Shown: positions 52,892 to 63,913 of the stretch, piece by piece
Layout: every line of letters begins with the position of its first letter
Numbering within the stretch: position 1 is the first letter of the stretch
Assembly: GCA_963675245.1 (NCBI GenBank)
Contig: OY775910.1
Coordinates: 1,024,001-1,088,000 of the forward strand
Source: Acholeplasmataceae bacterium
Lineage (GTDB): Bacteria; Bacillota_I; Bacilli_A; Acholeplasmatales; Acholeplasmataceae
Direction: 5' to 3'
Length of the DNA: 64,000 nucleotides
Made by a program: the position numbers and the translations under genes
The notes under the pieces: generated by a model
Databases searched by the model: none
The model's input: the letters and a program-made list of their open reading frames with translations, nothing else
What the model was told of the DNA's origin: nothing

Positions 52892-53983
52892 ATGAAAGTA
52901 AACAAATTGAGTAAAAAAACACAATTGTATACGAAACCATTTTCTTTTCATGCCAATATTGAAAGTTTTATTCCTGCTACTGAAGAGGAAAAAGGACAGC
53001 AAATATTATTTCGAGAAAGTTCAACTTTCTGGAAAGACGGACTAAAAAGACTATGGAAAAACAAAGTTGCAATGACTTGTATTTTCATCATGGCAATTAT
53101 TATCCTTGCCGTTATATTTGTACCGATGTTCTGGCCTTATAGTTATGAACAACAACTAGGTATCATAGCTGGACAACCTGTTGATGGTTCATTTGGTAAT
53201 TTAAGACCATTTGAATATGGTGAATCGGAATTATTAAGAATTGAAAACGGTGAGTTTGTATTTCCACATTTGTTTGGTACAGATTCAGCAGGTAGAGATT
53301 ACTTTATTCGTGTGATTTACGGTGCAAGGGTATCTCTTGCAGTAGGTTTGTTTGCGAGTATTATCGTTTTAATCATTGGTACATTATATGGCTCAATCGC
53401 TGGTTATATTGGTGGCAGAGTTGATTTATTTATGATGAGAATCGTTGATATCATATATTCATTACCAGAAATGTTGATTATTATTTTATTATCAGTGGTA
53501 TTGAATCAGATATTTAAAACTGTATTGACCGGTGGTGTCATCGCAGCCTTAGGGCCTAATATGATTAGTATTTTCTTAGTATTTGGGCTGTTATATTGGG
53601 TTGGCATGGCGCGCTTAATTCGTGGTCAAATATTATCATTAAAAGAACAAGATTACGTATTAGCGGCCAAATCGATTGGTGCATCACATAGTAGAATTAT
53701 TAGAAAGCATTTATTGCCAAATTCAATTAGTGTTATTATCATTTCTACAGCATTACAAATTCCAAGTGCTATTTTTACAGAAAGTTTTTTGAGTTTCTTA
53801 GGTTTAGGTGTTTCTGCACCAATGCCTTCACTTGGATCGTTAGCTAGCAATGCTTTAAGTGGTGTTTTTAGTTATACGTATAGATTAATCATTCCAGCTG
53901 TATTTATATTCCTAATTGTTTTATCACTTAATTTATTGGGTGATGGGTTAAGAGATGCTTTTGATCCGAAGTTGAAAGGATGA
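52892..53983 (+). CDS. oppC: Oligopeptide ABC permease OppC
   Basis: HLFGTD..GRD, GARVSL, ARLIRGQ, EQDYVLAA, HLLPN, ESFLSFLGLG, GDGLRDAFDP. Confidence 0.93.
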   Translation: MKVNKLSKKTQLYTKPFSFHANIESFIPATEEEKGQQILFRESSTFWKDGLKRLWKNKVAMTCIFIMAIIILAVIFVPMFWPYSYEQQLGIIAGQPVDGSFGNLRPFEYGESELLRIENGEFVFPHLFGTDSAGRDYFIRVIYGARVSLAVGLFASIIVLIIGTLYGSIAGYIGGRVDLFMMRIVDIIYSLPEMLIIILLSVVLNQIFKTVLTGGVIAALGPNMISIFLVFGLLYWVGMARLIRGQILSLKEQDYVLAAKSIGASHSRIIRKHLLPNSISVIIISTALQIPSAIFTESFLSFLGLGVSAPMPSLGSLASNALSGVFSYTYRLIIPAVFIFLIVLSLNLLGDGLRDAFDPKLKG

Positions 53984-53986
53984 TGA

Positions 53987-55018
53987 ATGATGAGTTTATT
54001 AGAAGTTCGTAACCTGCAAACATCATTTTTCACAGATGCTGGCGAAGTTAAAGCAGTCAATGGTGTTTCATTTAAAGTTGAAAAAGGAAAAGTTTTAGGT
54101 ATTGTTGGTGAATCCGGTAGTGGAAAAAGTGTCACCGCCTATTCTATTATGCAAATACTTGCAGATTCAGGACAGATTGTTGGCGGTAGTATAAAATATA
54201 AAGATACAGAGTTAGTAGGTGCCGATAGACAAACGTTGAAGGATGTTAGAGGAAATAAAATAAGCATCATTTTCCAAGACCCTATGACTAGTTTAAATCC
54301 AGTATTTACGATTGGAAATCAATTGATTGAAGCTATTTTACTTCATACCAATCGCAATAAAAAAGAAGCGATTGATCGCGCACTACAAATGATTGAGCTC
54401 GTAGGTATTAATGATCCTAAGAAACGGCTAAAACAATATCCACATGAATTATCAGGTGGTATGAGACAAAGAATTATGATTGCCATGGCGTTAGCTTGTG
54501 AACCTGATATTTTGATAGCAGATGAACCGACAACAGCCCTTGATGTGACCATACAAGCACAAATTCTTGAACTTATGATTAAGTTAAAAGAAGAACTTGG
54601 TATGGCGATTATTATGGTGACACATGATTTAGGTGTTATCGTACAAATGTGCGATGAAGTCATCGTCATGTATGCAGGAAAAGTATGTGAAAGAGGTACA
54701 GTTGATCAAATTTTTTACAATCCTAAACATGAATATACAAAGGGATTGTTGAAATCAATTCCATATGGATCTAAAGCACAAGGACAACTTATTCCAATTA
54801 CAGGATCACCTGTGGATGTGATGAATTTACCAAAAGGGTGCGCATTCTCGCCAAGGTGTTCAAAAGCGATGAAAATTTGTTTATCTGAACAATGTGGTGA
54901 AGTACCAATTGAAGGGTCTCATACTGCTGCTTGCTGGTTGAACATAAAAGAAGCAATAGAAAATGACTTACTAGTAGCAGAAAGTAATGATGCATCTCAA
55001 GAAGTTGGTGATGTTTGA
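53987..55018 (+). CDS. oppD: Oligopeptide ABC ATPase OppD
   Basis: [42 protein letters not shown]-terminal GC.F.PRC. Confidence 0.94.
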   Translation: MMSLLEVRNLQTSFFTDAGEVKAVNGVSFKVEKGKVLGIVGESGSGKSVTAYSIMQILADSGQIVGGSIKYKDTELVGADRQTLKDVRGNKISIIFQDPMTSLNPVFTIGNQLIEAILLHTNRNKKEAIDRALQMIELVGINDPKKRLKQYPHELSGGMRQRIMIAMALACEPDILIADEPTTALDVTIQAQILELMIKLKEELGMAIIMVTHDLGVIVQMCDEVIVMYAGKVCERGTVDQIFYNPKHEYTKGLLKSIPYGSKAQGQLIPITGSPVDVMNLPKGCAFSPRCSKAMKICLSEQCGEVPIEGSHTAACWLNIKEAIENDLLVAESNDASQEVGDV

Positions 55019-55998
55019 TGGCTGAAAAATCTGATAAAAAAGTATTGGTTGAAATCAAAGACTTAAAACAATATTTCGATATACCGACTGGATTTTTTAA
55101 ATCCAAGCAATTAAAAGCAGTTGATGGTATTTCATTTAAAATAAATGAAGGTGAAACCCTAGGTTTGGTAGGTGAATCTGGTTGTGGTAAAACAACAGCT
55201 GGCAGAACCATATTAAATTTATATAAACCAACTGATGGTGAGATTTATTTCGAAGGCAAAAAGATTGAGACAAAAGAAGATCTACAGTTTTTTAGAATGA
55301 ATGCTGCAATGGTGTTCCAAGATCCTTATGCGTCTTTAAATCCGAGAATGACCGTTGGCGATATTATTGGTGAACCCTTAGATGTTCATCACTTGTATCA
55401 CACAAAAGAAGAACGGGCAAAAAGAATTGAAGAATTAATGGAATTAGTTGGTTTATCTCATGAACATGCCACCCGTTATGCCCATGAATTCTCTGGTGGT
55501 CAAAGACAAAGAGTAGGTATCGCTAGGTCACTTGCAGTTAATCCAAAGTTTATTGTTTGTGATGAACCTGTATCAGCATTAGATGTATCTATTCAGGCAC
55601 AAGTCATCAACATGTTTGAAGATTTACAAAAGAGACTAAACCTGACATATTTGTTTATTGCACACGACTTATTAATTGTAAGACATATTAGTGATCGTAT
55701 CGCTGTGATGTATTTAGGAAAAATTGTAGAAATAGCAGACACAGAAGAATTATTCAAAAATCCCTTACATCCATATACTGAATCATTAATGTCTGCAGTA
55801 CCATCACCTGACCCTAAAACGGCACGGAAGGCTAAACGAATTGTCCTAACAGGTGATGTACCTAGTCCACTTGATATTCCGAGTGGATGTCCGTTTAGGA
55901 CGAGATGTCCAAAAGCATTTGGCCGTTGTAAAACTGAAGTGCCTACATTAAAGAAAAAACAAGATGGACATTTAGTCAGTTGTCATTTACATGATTGA
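55015..55998 (+). CDS. oppF: Oligopeptide ABC ATPase OppF
   Basis: [47 protein letters not shown]. Confidence 0.94.
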   Translation: MMAEKSDKKVLVEIKDLKQYFDIPTGFFKSKQLKAVDGISFKINEGETLGLVGESGCGKTTAGRTILNLYKPTDGEIYFEGKKIETKEDLQFFRMNAAMVFQDPYASLNPRMTVGDIIGEPLDVHHLYHTKEERAKRIEELMELVGLSHEHATRYAHEFSGGQRQRVGIARSLAVNPKFIVCDEPVSALDVSIQAQVINMFEDLQKRLNLTYLFIAHDLLIVRHISDRIAVMYLGKIVEIADTEELFKNPLHPYTESLMSAVPSPDPKTARKAKRIVLTGDVPSPLDIPSGCPFRTRCPKAFGRCKTEVPTLKKKQDGHLVSCHLHD

Positions 55999-56055
55999 TT
56001 TTAATATATATTTTTATATATTGAAAATATTAAAAAAGAAAGAGAGAGAGAAAAA

Positions 56056-57828
56056 ATGAAGAAAATTAGTTTTATCGTTTTACTTTTAGTTTTTGCTGTT
56101 AGTCTCGCTGCATGTACTAGCGCAGAAGCTGTTAAGGACGTAGACTTCTCTGCCGTAGAAGCATATTCTATGGATTTATCTGGTATAGAAGGCTATGATG
56201 ATGTTGTTGAAAATGGTACTTGGGCAGAAACATATGACCAAATCATTGAATACGCAAGACTTGAAACAGATGAAGCCGTAAGAAATGAATTATATCATGC
56301 TGCTGAAGATCTATTAATGTCAACTGGTACAATTGTGCCACTTTACTATTATACTGACATTTTTATGGCTTCAACTGATATTACAGGTTTCTACTCTACA
56401 CCATCTGGTTCTAAGTATTTTAAGAATACAGCTGTTGATGGTGCGACTGATAACATTAATGTTTTATTAGCATCAGAACCTGCTACAATCGACCCAGCAT
56501 TAAACAGCTCAGTTGATGGTGCAACAATGATTCTACATGCATTTGCTGGACTAGTTCGTTATGACGATACTGGTGCAGCTTTAGAACCTGATTTAGCAGT
56601 TGCATTCCCAGAACCTGTTGAAAACAATGATGGTACAGTCACATATACATTTGAACTACGTTCTGGTCTAAAATGGTCAGATGGCTCAGCACTTACTGCT
56701 TCAGATTTCGTTTACTCATGGAATCGTGCCGTTGATCCTGAAACTGCTGCTGACTATGGTTACATGTTCTCAGTCATTGATGGATTTGCTGATAATGATT
56801 TAAACGTTGTAGCTGTTGATGATACACACCTAGCTGTTACGTTAACTGTTGACGTACCTTACTTCTTTGAATTATTAGCATTCCCAACTTATATGCCAGT
56901 TCAACAAGCTGCTGTTGAAGCTGACTCTGAAGCATGGGCTACAAGTCCTGCATCTTACGTTTCAAATGGTGCTTATGTACTAGATTCATGGGATCATGAT
57001 TCTAATTTAGTCTTTGTTAAGAATGATAATTATTGGGATGCTGCTAATGTTTCTATGGAACAAATCACATTCTATCTATCAGATGATGATACAGCAATCT
57101 TAGCAGGATTCGAATCTGGAGCGTATGACTTTATTGATTCAGTTCCAAATGATGAAATTGAACGCTTAAGTAGTACACCTGAATTCCATATTCAAGGTCA
57201 ATTAGGTACTTATTACATTATCTTTAATAACAACAAAGATTTCTTACCATCAAGCGTATCTAAAGATATGTCACCTGTTGAAGTATTAAGAGCTAATGAA
57301 GAAATTCGTAAAGCATTATCACTATTACTTGACAGAAACTACATTGTTGAGGAAATTGGACAAGCTGGTCAATTACCTGCATCATCATTCGTTTCTATGG
57401 GTATCCAAGATTCACAAGGTAACGAATTCTATCAAGCAGCTGGAAGTAGTTCATTATACGTTGGTTATTACAATACTGCAGCTAGTGCATACACAGCTAA
57501 TACAGAAGCTGCTGTTGAAACATTGAAACAGTATTTTGATTACAATGAAGGTCAAGAAAAATTCACAAACTTCCCATCATTCGAATATTTATATAACACA
57601 TCATCTGGTCACCAAGCAATCGGTGAATATATCCAATCAGCATTTGCTGCATTTGGAATTGATGTTACGTTAGCAAATCAAGAATGGGGCACATTCTTAG
57701 ACACAAGAAAGAATGGCGACTATGTACTTGCTCGTAATGGTTGGTTAGCAGACTTTAATGATCCAATCAACATGCTTGATATGTGGACAACTGATTCTGG
57801 TAATAACGACGCTCAATTAGGTAAATAA
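56056..57828 (+). CDS. oppA: Oligopeptide-binding lipoprotein OppA (apparently circularly permuted)
   Basis: Lipobox SLAAC; EPATIDP, YTFELR..LKWSDG..LTA.DF.YSW, SNGAY, KN.NYWDA, GW.ADFNDP; the usual C-terminal segment is found at the N-terminus. Confidence 0.9.
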   Translation: MKKISFIVLLLVFAVSLAACTSAEAVKDVDFSAVEAYSMDLSGIEGYDDVVENGTWAETYDQIIEYARLETDEAVRNELYHAAEDLLMSTGTIVPLYYYTDIFMASTDITGFYSTPSGSKYFKNTAVDGATDNINVLLASEPATIDPALNSSVDGATMILHAFAGLVRYDDTGAALEPDLAVAFPEPVENNDGTVTYTFELRSGLKWSDGSALTASDFVYSWNRAVDPETAADYGYMFSVIDGFADNDLNVVAVDDTHLAVTLTVDVPYFFELLAFPTYMPVQQAAVEADSEAWATSPASYVSNGAYVLDSWDHDSNLVFVKNDNYWDAANVSMEQITFYLSDDDTAILAGFESGAYDFIDSVPNDEIERLSSTPEFHIQGQLGTYYIIFNNNKDFLPSSVSKDMSPVEVLRANEEIRKALSLLLDRNYIVEEIGQAGQLPASSFVSMGIQDSQGNEFYQAAGSSSLYVGYYNTAASAYTANTEAAVETLKQYFDYNEGQEKFTNFPSFEYLYNTSSGHQAIGEYIQSAFAAFGIDVTLANQEWGTFLDTRKNGDYVLARNGWLADFNDPINMLDMWTTDSGNNDAQLGK

Positions 57829-57846
57829 ATTTATTTAAGCAATATG

Positions 57847-57878
57847 AAAAGAACTTACTTTGTGTAAGTTCTTTTTTT
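57847..57878 (+). terminator. Intrinsic terminator after oppA
   Basis: AAAAGAACTTAC-TTTGT-GTAAGTTCTTTT followed by TTT. Confidence 0.75.
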
Positions 57879-57997
57879 ATTAAGTCATTTAATCTTTCAA
57901 TTTCATAGGGCTATTTAATATATTAAACATAAAAAAAGATGTTAGTGGTTTTATAGCACTAACATCTTATCATGTCATATCAAGTTGCTTGTTATAT

Positions 57998-60169
57998 TTA
58001 TCTACTAAATAAGAAATTAAGTAATGGTTCTATTTCAACTAAGATAGGTACAAGAATCAAACTCACAATACTCATTAACTTAATTAAGATATCCATAGAA
58101 GGACCAGCTGTATCTTTAAATGGATCACCAACAGTATCACCAGTAACGGTTGCTTTATGAACCTCACTACCTTTACCACCTTCTTGACCTTCTTCAACGA
58201 GTTTCTTAGCGTTATCCCATGCACCACCAGAGTTAGCCATAAAGACGGCTAACATGATGGCAGAGACTAAACCGCCCATGAGCATACCGCCTAAGCCTTG
58301 AACACCGATTAAGATACCAGCAATGATAGGTGACAAGATCGCGATTAATGCAGGTAGTACCATTTCTCTTAACGCTGCTTTTGTTGAGATATCAACGCAT
58401 TTCGCATAATTAGGAATAGATTCACCTTTCATGATACCTGGATCATTTTTATATTGATCTCTCACTTCTTCAATCATTGCATTCGCTGCTTTACCAACAG
58501 ATTTAATGACAAGTGATGTAAATAAGAAAGGTAACATAGCACCAATGAATATACCAATCACTGTACCAGGTTGTAAAATATCGATTTCAGTAATACCGGA
58601 CGCTTTTTCAAAAGCAAAGAATAAACCAATCGACGTTAATGCTGCTGAACCAATACAGAATCCTTTACCAATAGCAGCAGTCGTATTACCCACTGCATCC
58701 AAATGATCGGTAATGTTTCTTACACTGCTATCTAATTTGCTCATTTCGGCAATACCACCGGCATTATCAGCAATAGGACCATAGGCATCTACAGCAATCG
58801 TAATACCTGCCGTAGATAACATACCTACAGAAGCTAAAGCTATCCCGTACATATCACCAACAAATAAATAAGATAAGACAATACCTAATGATAAGAGTAA
58901 TACGGTTAATAATGTGGATTGCATCCCCACTGAGAATCCCGCAATAATATTAGTGGCAGAACCAGTTCTTGATTGAACAACAATTTCTTTGACATGTTTA
59001 TGAGCACCAGATGTATAGTATTCAGCGATTAAGCCTAAACCAATACCAACAAGTAAACCAATCACAATCGCTAACCAAATGCCAATCCAACTCGCTTCTG
59101 CATGACCTTTAAAGAATAAAAGACTTAATACGAAGCTACCGATTAGCATAAAACCAACAGCGAAATATGTTGATAAATTTAATGCCCATTGGGGATGTCC
59201 CCAATGTTTCGCTCTAACTAAGAAAACAGCGAAAACAGCGGATAAAGCACCTAATCCAGAAATGACTAATGGAAAGATGACGGTTCCGATAACGGCATTA
59301 AAATCAGCAGCAGTAGGAACAGCAACAACAAATGCATATAACCCTAATGTTAAAGCAGAAATAATTGATCCGACATAACTTTCAGTAAGATCTGATCCCA
59401 TCCCTGCGATATCACCTACATTATCACCAACATTATCAGCGATAACAGCTGGATTTCTTGGATCATCTTCTGGGATACCTGCTTCAACTTTACCGACTAA
59501 ATCAGCACCGACATCAGCAGCTTTGGTATAAATACCACCACCAACACGTCCGAATAAGGCAATCATTGACGCACCAAGACCATACCCAGTGACAATGTGA
59601 ATCGCGTGACTTAACGCTTGAAATTGTTGGGCAGGATCATTATTGTTCCATCCACCATAAACCACATAAAAAGTATAGAATAACGCGATCAATCCGAATA
59701 GTCCAAGACCAACAACAGTTAGTCCTAAAACTGAGCCACCTGTGAAGGCAACACGTAATGCTTCTGGCATACCGTGTTTTCTAGCGTTATCGGTTGTTCT
59801 GGCATTTGATTTAGTAGCTGCAAGCATACCAATAAATCCTGCAAGACCAGAAAAAGATGCACCAACTATAAACGTGATTGAAGATCGCCAACCAACGCCT
59901 TCTGCACCTTGAAGTGATGGTATGAGTCCAATAAGTGCAAGAATCGCACCAACACCGATAGCAAAGATGGCGATAATCCGATACTGACGCTTCATATAAG
60001 CCATCGCGCCTTCGCGAATATATGAAGAAATCTCGTTAATACGTTCATGCTCTACGGTCATTTTATTTATTTTTCTTCTTAAAACTTGCGCATATAATAG
60101 CGCAATTAATGCTGAAAAAGCAGCAACTCCTAATAATATAGTCGTTACGTGAAACTGTTCAATTGGCAT
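57998..60169 (-). CDS. hppA: Membrane-bound cation-translocating pyrophosphatase (K+-dependent, probably Na+-pumping)
   Basis: GGGIYTKAADVGADLVGKVE, DNVGDNVGD, DAYGPIADNAGG, GNTTAA (Ala = K+-dependent), GDTVGDPFKD; DLTESYVGS resembles Na+-PPase helix 6. Confidence 0.92.
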   Translation of the reverse strand: MPIEQFHVTTILLGVAAFSALIALLYAQVLRRKINKMTVEHERINEISSYIREGAMAYMKRQYRIIAIFAIGVGAILALIGLIPSLQGAEGVGWRSSITFIVGASFSGLAGFIGMLAATKSNARTTDNARKHGMPEALRVAFTGGSVLGLTVVGLGLFGLIALFYTFYVVYGGWNNNDPAQQFQALSHAIHIVTGYGLGASMIALFGRVGGGIYTKAADVGADLVGKVEAGIPEDDPRNPAVIADNVGDNVGDIAGMGSDLTESYVGSIISALTLGLYAFVVAVPTAADFNAVIGTVIFPLVISGLGALSAVFAVFLVRAKHWGHPQWALNLSTYFAVGFMLIGSFVLSLLFFKGHAEASWIGIWLAIVIGLLVGIGLGLIAEYYTSGAHKHVKEIVVQSRTGSATNIIAGFSVGMQSTLLTVLLLSLGIVLSYLFVGDMYGIALASVGMLSTAGITIAVDAYGPIADNAGGIAEMSKLDSSVRNITDHLDAVGNTTAAIGKGFCIGSAALTSIGLFFAFEKASGITEIDILQPGTVIGIFIGAMLPFLFTSLVIKSVGKAANAMIEEVRDQYKNDPGIMKGESIPNYAKCVDISTKAALREMVLPALIAILSPIIAGILIGVQGLGGMLMGGLVSAIMLAVFMANSGGAWDNAKKLVEEGQEGGKGSEVHKATVTGDTVGDPFKDTAGPSMDILIKLMSIVSLILVPILVEIEPLLNFLFSR

Positions 60170-60322
60170 TGTTCTGACCTCCCTTAAAGTAAGTGTATGC
60201 CTTTCATGTATTTAATTTGCGAAAAAAACGCCTTTGTTGACATTTTAACACAAAAAAAGCGGATTGAAACCGCTTTTTTTACATTTATATAAATATGTCT
60301 AATATATCAGTTTATCATCTCG

Positions 60323-62170
60323 TTATTTAAACAAAAGACGCAAACTATTCAAGATAACTAAGATGGTTGATCCTTCATGAGCGATCACCCCTTCAGGTAA
60401 CCTGATAATACCGAAGACATTACTTGTTAATAAGAAGAGAATAACAGTCACTGCGAAAATAATATTTTGTAATGTAATCACGCGCATTCTTTTTGATAGT
60501 TTAATGAGCTTTGGTAAGTTTTCAATACGGTTATTCATGAAAACAATATCTGCGGTTTCAAGAGAAACGTCAGTACCTGCACCCATCGCGACACTGACAT
60601 CAGCGGTTGCTAATGCAGGTGCATCATTAATACCATCACCAACCATCATCACTTTTCTACCTTCAGCCTTAAGTTTCTTTAATTCTGCAACTTTATCTTC
60701 AGGAAAACAATTGGCACGATATTGATCAATACCCGCTTCTTCAGCGATATATTTCGCTGTATTTTCATTATCACCAGTAACAAGGATGGTTTCAATACCA
60801 GCGGCTTTTAATTCAGCAATCGCTTCTTTCGCCTGATCTCTTAATGTATCCATTAAGGCTACATAACCAACGATATGATCATCTTTAATAATATTGACAA
60901 TAGAGTGTCCTAAAGATTGGCAACGTGTATAAGGCGCTTCTAATGATTGATCTAGGGTTGCATCAAATCTTCCGATCCGCCACACAGCGTTTTCAAAGTG
61001 AGCTTCCATCCCACGACCAGAGATTTCTTTTGAATTTAAGTCAAACGAATTGACATCACCATCCAAATAATCAACAATGGCTTTTGCGAGTGGGTGATTA
61101 GATTGTTTTTCTAGCGTCATTAATAAGGATAAAATATCATCTTTATTCACACGATCAATCATGTCAATACGGGCCACTTTAGGTTCCCCTGTAGTGAGTG
61201 TACCCGTTTTATCAACGATAATGGTGTCAACACCAATGAGTGATTCAAAATGTTGACCACTCTTTACTAATATTCTCTTACGGGCACCATTGGAAAGACT
61301 TGCTAGCATAGCTGGTGTGATGGACGCGACAAGCGCACAAGGTGAACCAACCACAAGCACGACTGTACCACGATAGAATGCTTCCGATGGCGTTAACCAA
61401 CCAGCAATAGAAGGGATAGTCATAAAACCAATAGCCATTAAAATAACGATATAGACATAATATTTTTCAATTTTGTCGATCAGTGATTGGCCATGAGTCT
61501 TATTTTCTTGTGCTTCTTGCACGAGATTAATAATTTTTTGAACAACTGATTCACTGGGATCTTTTTTGGTTTCAACGATGATGGTTGATTCAATATTGAT
61601 TGAACCAGCAAACACATCCTCATTTAGACCTTTAGAAACGGGCACATATTCACCTGTAATAGCTGCTTGGTCAATAGAAGAAGCACCATCAACAATCATA
61701 CCGTCAACTGGTATTTGTTGACCAACCTTAACGATCACGCGATCGCCAACTTTTAGTTCTTCAACAGGCACTTCAACTTCTCTACCGGCTTTAACGACAA
61801 TCGCTGTTTTTGGTGCTAATTTTAATAAACTAGTTAGATCTTTGTTACTTCTAGAGGTGGCATATGATTCTAGTACACCTGTGACAGCAAAGATGATAAT
61901 TAAGATGGCACCTTCTGCATAATTTTGAACGATAAATGCACCAAACGCAGCTAATATCATTAAAATTTCGACGTTGAGTGACTTTCTTTCAATTGTCTCA
62001 TGAATACCTTCTTTGGCTTTAGCAAATCCACCAATCGCAAAAGCAAGCGCATATAGTGTCACAACATACCATGTGGAAGCCACATTCTGTTCTAGTATAT
62101 ATGCCACTATAATCAATATAATTGACATAATGACGCTAATTGTTTCAATAATTAATTGTCTTTTATTCAT
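60323..62170 (-). CDS. P1B-4 heavy-metal P-type ATPase (PfeT/ZosA/CoaT-like)
   Basis: TGE, SPC in the TM segment (VVGSPCAL), DKTGT, HP, GDGINDAP, HEGST; no N-terminal metal-binding domain. Confidence 0.9.
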   Translation of the reverse strand: MNKRQLIIETISVIMSIILIIVAYILEQNVASTWYVVTLYALAFAIGGFAKAKEGIHETIERKSLNVEILMILAAFGAFIVQNYAEGAILIIIFAVTGVLESYATSRSNKDLTSLLKLAPKTAIVVKAGREVEVPVEELKVGDRVIVKVGQQIPVDGMIVDGASSIDQAAITGEYVPVSKGLNEDVFAGSINIESTIIVETKKDPSESVVQKIINLVQEAQENKTHGQSLIDKIEKYYVYIVILMAIGFMTIPSIAGWLTPSEAFYRGTVVLVVGSPCALVASITPAMLASLSNGARKRILVKSGQHFESLIGVDTIIVDKTGTLTTGEPKVARIDMIDRVNKDDILSLLMTLEKQSNHPLAKAIVDYLDGDVNSFDLNSKEISGRGMEAHFENAVWRIGRFDATLDQSLEAPYTRCQSLGHSIVNIIKDDHIVGYVALMDTLRDQAKEAIAELKAAGIETILVTGDNENTAKYIAEEAGIDQYRANCFPEDKVAELKKLKAEGRKVMMVGDGINDAPALATADVSVAMGAGTDVSLETADIVFMNNRIENLPKLIKLSKRMRVITLQNIIFAVTVILFLLTSNVFGIIRLPEGVIAHEGSTILVILNSLRLLFK

Positions 62171-62388
62171 TCATTAAGTCCTCCTGTTAATTTGATTACA
62201 GGTATATTATATCAAATGAAAACCACTAAATCTATAAATAAGAACCATATTTATTATAAATAAGAAGTTATTTAGAAAAGAAATAATTATATCTCTAGTC
62301 TTATATACATATTGTATCATTATTCAATTTTTTTAAGAACGTAAGGAAAGCCTAAATATGATATACTTTTTACGAGAGGTGAAAACAT

Positions 62389-62700
62389 ATGAATTTTAAC
62401 TATGAAAAAAACCGTATATTCGTCAATGATGAACAGGGAAAGATGATCGTAGAAGCGACATTCCCATTATATAAAGAAGGCGTCGTAGTCGTCGACCACA
62501 CGTATGTTGATCCAAGTTTACGTGGTCAAGGTGTAGCAAGTGATCTCATGAAAGCCGTATGTAAATATGTTGAAGAACAAGGCTTAAAAATAGTCGCGAC
62601 ATGCCCTTACGCAGTAGTTTGGTTTAAACGACATAAAGACTATGGTTATTTACGAGATGAAGATGCACAAGCAACTTTGTCACCAGAATGTCAAATATAG
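62389..62700 (+). CDS. Small GNAT-like protein (YjdJ/Acetyltransf_CG)
   Basis: DHTYVDPSLRGQGVA, I.ATCPY. Confidence 0.88.
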   Translation: MNFNYEKNRIFVNDEQGKMIVEATFPLYKEGVVVVDHTYVDPSLRGQGVASDLMKAVCKYVEEQGLKIVATCPYAVVWFKRHKDYGYLRDEDAQATLSPECQI

Positions 62701-62710
62701 GATGTAAGAT

Positions 62711-63337
62711 ATGAATAAACCGTTATTGATTTTAGTTGGTGGTGGATCCGCATCAGGAAAAAGCAGTATTGTTCAAGAAGTGTTAGAAGCTGCAGGTTTG
62801 AATGATGTCATCATTATTAAGCATGATGATTACTATTTGGACCAAACCAACCTGCCACTCGAAAAACGTTATCAAATGAATTATGACCATCCAAGTTCAC
62901 TTGACAATGAACTGCTTTTTGAAGACCTTGAAAAACTACTTGATTACAAACCTATTGAAAAACCTGTTTATGATTTTGAGGCGTTTACAAGAAGTGCTGA
63001 TATTGAACATATTGACCCTAAACCAATTATTATCATTGAGGGTATTCTTATTTTAGAAAATGCGAAAATTAGAAGTTTAGCAGATATTAAGTTATTTGTT
63101 ACCGCAGATGAAGATACACGGTTTATCAGACGTCTTTTAAGAGATATGAATGAACGTGGTCGATCAATTGATAGTGTGATCGCACAATATCAAAAGACGG
63201 TTAAACCAATGTTCCATAAGTATATAAAACCAACGAAACGCTACGCAGATATTATTATTCCAAATGATCAAAAACACGACATCGCTGTTGATTTAATTGT
63301 TGCTAAAATAAAACAGATTTTAGGTAAGCGATCATGA
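62711..63337 (+). CDS. udk: Uridine kinase
   Basis: GGSASGKS, HDDYY, NYDHP, IIEGIL, RFIRRL.RD..ERGR, P.KRYADII. Confidence 0.95.
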   Translation: MNKPLLILVGGGSASGKSSIVQEVLEAAGLNDVIIIKHDDYYLDQTNLPLEKRYQMNYDHPSSLDNELLFEDLEKLLDYKPIEKPVYDFEAFTRSADIEHIDPKPIIIIEGILILENAKIRSLADIKLFVTADEDTRFIRRLLRDMNERGRSIDSVIAQYQKTVKPMFHKYIKPTKRYADIIIPNDQKHDIAVDLIVAKIKQILGKRS

Positions 63338-63909
63338 AAATCATTGTTGCTGCCATGCCTGAAGAAGTCAAAAACATTAAAAATCACAATGTGATAGTTA
63401 CGGGTATTGGTAAAGTGAATGCAGCGTATAAACTCACAGAAAGATTAATGATTGATGATGTCAAAGCCATCTATAATGTGGGTTTTGCAGGTGCGAGTCA
63501 TCATTATGAAATTGGTGATATTATTATCGTTAAAGAAGCGAGATATCACGATTTTGATTTAACATTTTTCGGCTATGAAAAAGGTCAAGTACCACAATGT
63601 CCTGTCGCTTTTACATCTGATGATAAACTGCTTAATCAGGCTATTTCCCTTTTTCCAAATGCGAAGTTAAGTGAACTATTCACAGGAGATTACTTCATGA
63701 CAGAACATACTGATATTCCGTATGTTGTTGATATGGAAGGCGCAGCTTTATATCAGGTTGCTTATTTAAAGAAAATACCTATTATATCTATAAAAATTGT
63801 TTCTGATATTGTTGGTATGGATGACCATTATAAAAACTATAAAGCATTTGAGTCTGATCAAGGTGCGAAGGTTATCTCAGAGATTGTAGATCGTTTAGTA
63901 AAGGAGTGA
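63334..63909 (+). CDS. mtnN: 5'-methylthioadenosine/S-adenosylhomocysteine nucleosidase
   Basis: AMPEE, GIGKVNAA, N.GFAG, HDFDLT.FGY..GQVP, TGD.F, DMEGAA, K.VSD. Confidence 0.88.
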   Translation: MKIIVAAMPEEVKNIKNHNVIVTGIGKVNAAYKLTERLMIDDVKAIYNVGFAGASHHYEIGDIIIVKEARYHDFDLTFFGYEKGQVPQCPVAFTSDDKLLNQAISLFPNAKLSELFTGDYFMTEHTDIPYVVDMEGAALYQVAYLKKIPIISIKIVSDIVGMDDHYKNYKAFESDQGAKVISEIVDRLVKE

Positions 63910-63913
63910 TTTG

